DNA of 32,000 nucleotides from Actinomycetes bacterium (GTDB lineage Bacteria; Actinomycetota; Actinomycetes; Mycobacteriales; Mycobacteriaceae): NCBI GenBank assembly GCA_023460175.1, contig JAEWRC010000104.1, positions 52,470 to 84,469 of the forward strand, read 5' to 3'. Shown piece by piece: positions 29,671 to 32,000 of this stretch (position 1 is its first letter; each line of letters starts with the position of its first letter). The notes under the pieces were generated by a model. It saw only the letters and a program-made list of their open reading frames with translations, ran no database searches and was not told where the DNA came from. The position numbers and the translations under genes were made by a program.

Positions 29671-29724
29671 TCCGGCTACCAGGCCAGAACACGCCGGGTG
29701 GCGCCGGCCGGGGCGCCCCTAAGG

Positions 29725-30546
29725 CTACTCCGGTGCCAACTCCACCAGCACCGGCGCATGATCACTGGGCGCGATGCTGCCCTTCTTGCCGGGCCGGCGT
29801 TCGTCCTTCACGATCTCGGCGTGCGCCACGCGATCGGCGAAAGCCGGTGAGCCCAAGATGAAGTCGATGCGCATGCCGCGCCGTTTCTGGAAGGCCAGCT
29901 GGGTGTAGTCCCAATAGGTGTAAACCCCCGGACCGGAGGTGAAAGGCCGTACCACGTCGGTGAATTGGGCCGCGACCATGGCGTCGAATGCGGCCCGCTC
30001 GGGCTCGGACACGTGCGTCTTGCCCTCAAACACCGAGATGTCCCATACGTCGTCGTCAAGCGGCGCGATGTTCCAGTCGCCGACCAGGGCCGTCGGCAGC
30101 GACGGGTCGTCGGCAAGCCACCCGGCCGCCGTATCCCGCAGTGCTGCGAGCCAGTCCAACTTGTAGCGGTAGTGCGGATCCTCCAGCGTGCGCCCATTGG
30201 GCACATACAGGCTCCACACCCGCACCCCACCGCACGTCGCGCCGAGCGCGCGGGCCTCGGCGGCGGCCGCTACATCGGGTTTGCCCGACCACGTCGGCTG
30301 GCCCTCGAACCCGACCTCGATGTTGTCCAGGCCCACTCGCGACGCGATCGCCACGCCGTTCCACTGGTTGAGGCCGACGTGCGCGACCTCGTAGCCCAAG
30401 GCCGCGAACGGCATGGCCGGGAACTGCGCATCGGTGCACTTGGTTTCCTGCATCGCCAGCACGTCGACCTCGGCGCGGTCCAGCCAGTCGACCACCCGGT
30501 CGACGCGGGTGCGGATGGAGTTGACGTTCCAGGTAGCCAGGCGCAT
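29725..30546 (-). CDS. xthA: Exodeoxyribonuclease III (AP endonuclease)
   Basis: M-R-L-A-T-W-N-V-N-S-I-R...L-A-M-Q-E-T-K...G-D-W-N-I-A-P...R-I-D-F-I-L-G-S...S-D-H-A-P-V are canonical ExoIII/EEP motifs. Confidence 0.92.
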   Translation of the reverse strand: MRLATWNVNSIRTRVDRVVDWLDRAEVDVLAMQETKCTDAQFPAMPFAALGYEVAHVGLNQWNGVAIASRVGLDNIEVGFEGQPTWSGKPDVAAAAEARALGATCGGVRVWSLYVPNGRTLEDPHYRYKLDWLAALRDTAAGWLADDPSLPTALVGDWNIAPLDDDVWDISVFEGKTHVSEPERAAFDAMVAAQFTDVVRPFTSGPGVYTYWDYTQLAFQKRRGMRIDFILGSPAFADRVAHAEIVKDERRPGKKGSIAPSDHAPVLVELAPE

Positions 30547-30602
30547 GGATCAGATCGTAGGGGGTCGGAATTCGCGCTATTGTCTGCGCCGGAAGGGGGC
30601 AG

Positions 30603-31913
30603 ATGCTCACGATCGCGGCGAACACGGTCCGACTGTGGTGGCAGACCTGGCCGACGCTGGTCGCGCTCTACCTCGTGGGCTGGCTCGTTCGTTACTGGGT
30701 GCTGCAGGGCGCCATCGAGGTGGGCCTGGCGCACGGCCGGACCTGGGGCATCCTGGTGGTCGTTTTGGCGCCCATCGTGCGGTTGCTGACTTTCCTGGGC
30801 ATGTTCCTGGCGATCCGATCGGTGACGCCAGCCCTCCAGCAGGTTGGCGATGACGGTCAAAACCCGAGGGGTGTAACCGACATCCTGATGACGGCGATCC
30901 TGCCGTTCCTGGTCATCTACACCACCTGGAAGCTGATCTACGAGGACTACTACATCTACGTCACCATGGTCAACTTCACCACCGTCTTTCAGGGCAACAG
31001 CGCCGACGTAGAGGAGGCGGCATCGGGCCGGGTGGGCGGCGATGTCTGGATGGTGATCGTGATCGCCTTCCTGTTGCGGCAGCTGATCACCCGGTTCCGG
31101 GACAAGCTGCCGCGTCCGGCGATGGCGCTGGCGGTGTACTTCGAGGTGCTGTGGATCTTCCTGACGCTACAGGCCGGGGCGGCGGCGGTGTTCGGTTCGC
31201 CCAAGTGGATCGCCGAGCGCAAGGTGATGGTTTGGATCGGCGACACCCGGGCTGAGCTGTTCTCGCACCTCGCGATCCTCGACGGATGGTGGTCCTGGGC
31301 CGGCGCGGTGGTGGCGCTACTGATTCCGGTGCTTGGGCTGTCGTTGGCCTGGCTGGCGATCGCCGCCGCCGTGTACGGCGCCCCGTTCACGCCGACCTGG
31401 GCCGGTGCGCGTCGGGTGATGCTCGGCCACCGCGGTGACGTCGTGACCGCGCACGCGCTGGAACGCAGCCGCAACGTCGTGGCACCGCGGTGGCAGCGGA
31501 TCCCCGGCGAGGTGCAGTCCCGGGTGGTGGAATTCATCCGCGGCCAGTTCGGTCGGTTCGGTTCGATCGTCGACGCCGGCCGGCTGATCCTGCACGGCGG
31601 GGCTCTGCCGATCGCGTTCTTCGTCGTCGCCTATATCGGGCTGCTGGTGCTCGCGCCGGGCGGCGCCTACTTCGACATCAAGGTCAATGACGGGTATCTG
31701 TTCCGCTGGGTCGGCCTGCTGCTCGGGCCGCACCCGTGGTCGTGGTGGGAGAGTTTCGACGACGGCATCAGGATCGGCATCGGCGCGCTGATCGAACCGC
31801 TGCGCATCTGCCTGGTAGCCGCCACCTACTGGTACTGCGTCGAGCAGGTGCGTGCGCAGCAGGTCGAATCAAGCTCAGCCGGTGTCGAATCGGATGACCG
31901 CCGTCAGTTCTGA
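30603..31913 (+). CDS. Polytopic integral membrane protein of unknown function (436 aa)
   Basis: A GGAAGGGGG RBS precedes ATG 30603. There are at least 7 long hydrophobic segments, for example W-P-T-L-V-A-L-Y-L-V-G-W-L-V, I-L-V-V-V-L-A-P-I-V-R-L-L-T-F-L-G-M-F-L-A-I and A-V-V-A-L-L-I-P-V-L-G-L-S-L-A-W-L-A-I-A-A-A-V. Confidence 0.75.
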   Translation: MLTIAANTVRLWWQTWPTLVALYLVGWLVRYWVLQGAIEVGLAHGRTWGILVVVLAPIVRLLTFLGMFLAIRSVTPALQQVGDDGQNPRGVTDILMTAILPFLVIYTTWKLIYEDYYIYVTMVNFTTVFQGNSADVEEAASGRVGGDVWMVIVIAFLLRQLITRFRDKLPRPAMALAVYFEVLWIFLTLQAGAAAVFGSPKWIAERKVMVWIGDTRAELFSHLAILDGWWSWAGAVVALLIPVLGLSLAWLAIAAAVYGAPFTPTWAGARRVMLGHRGDVVTAHALERSRNVVAPRWQRIPGEVQSRVVEFIRGQFGRFGSIVDAGRLILHGGALPIAFFVVAYIGLLVLAPGGAYFDIKVNDGYLFRWVGLLLGPHPWSWWESFDDGIRIGIGALIEPLRICLVAATYWYCVEQVRAQQVESSSAGVESDDRRQF

Positions 31914-32000
31914 GCGGTCCGGTGCGACCCGGGAGTCTTCGTCGGCCCGCTTGTTCAACAGCAGTTCGACCGCGACGATGTCGGCCTCGGTGGGCACCTG

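Noticed and set aside
29700-29717. GGCGCC-N6-GGCGCC palindromic GC-rich element between the convergent hypothetical gene and xthA.
   Set aside because: It offers only 6 bp of pairing and a self-complementary hexamer that is common in high-GC DNA. That is insufficient to call a bidirectional terminator.
31914-32000. Possible 3' end of a convergent minus-strand gene at the right edge of the window.
   Set aside because: Fewer than 90 nt are visible, with no motif, so frame and identity cannot be established.

Overview
High-GC (roughly 65%) actinobacterial, Mycobacterium-like window. All family names below come from motifs read by eye and from memory; no searches were run.

(1) nt 1-11463 (+) is one uninterrupted ORF of at least 3,820 codons, and its 5' end lies outside the window. 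It reads as a giant multi-effector polymorphic toxin. It contains two tandem, partly near-identical GHSYGS alpha/beta-hydrolase modules (DUF1023-like) and two papain-fold Cys/His/Asp modules (Tox-PL / glutamine-deamidase-like) flanking a GNAT-like module. It also has degenerate extra copies of these modules, an HExxH zincin-like module, and a C-terminal R-S-ExE ADP-ribosyltransferase-like domain.

(2) Three co-directional ORFs follow (85, 178 and 515 aa). The first is start/stop-overlapped with the toxin. All three are candidate immunity genes.

(3) An accessory or decayed patch comes next: a possible recombinase remnant, a WhiB7-like AT-hook regulator, a truncated VOC/HPPD-like fragment, an HSL-family esterase, a frameshifted PE-like gene and a TetR regulator.

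(4) A type VII (ESX) 'satellite' locus follows, with only soluble or secreted components. It holds an EsxB/EsxA-like pair, EspG, a PE/PPE-like pair, a PE-like gene paired with a 429-aa WXG protein, EspL-like and EspD/H-like proteins, and divergently EccA plus an EspI-like ParA/MinD ATPase. No EccB/C/D/E or MycP is present in the window.

(5) The right end looks like housekeeping: a cupin, a class I/II aminotransferase, a small hypothetical, exonuclease III and a polytopic membrane protein.

No rRNA, tRNA, CRISPR array or intact IS/transposase was recognised.
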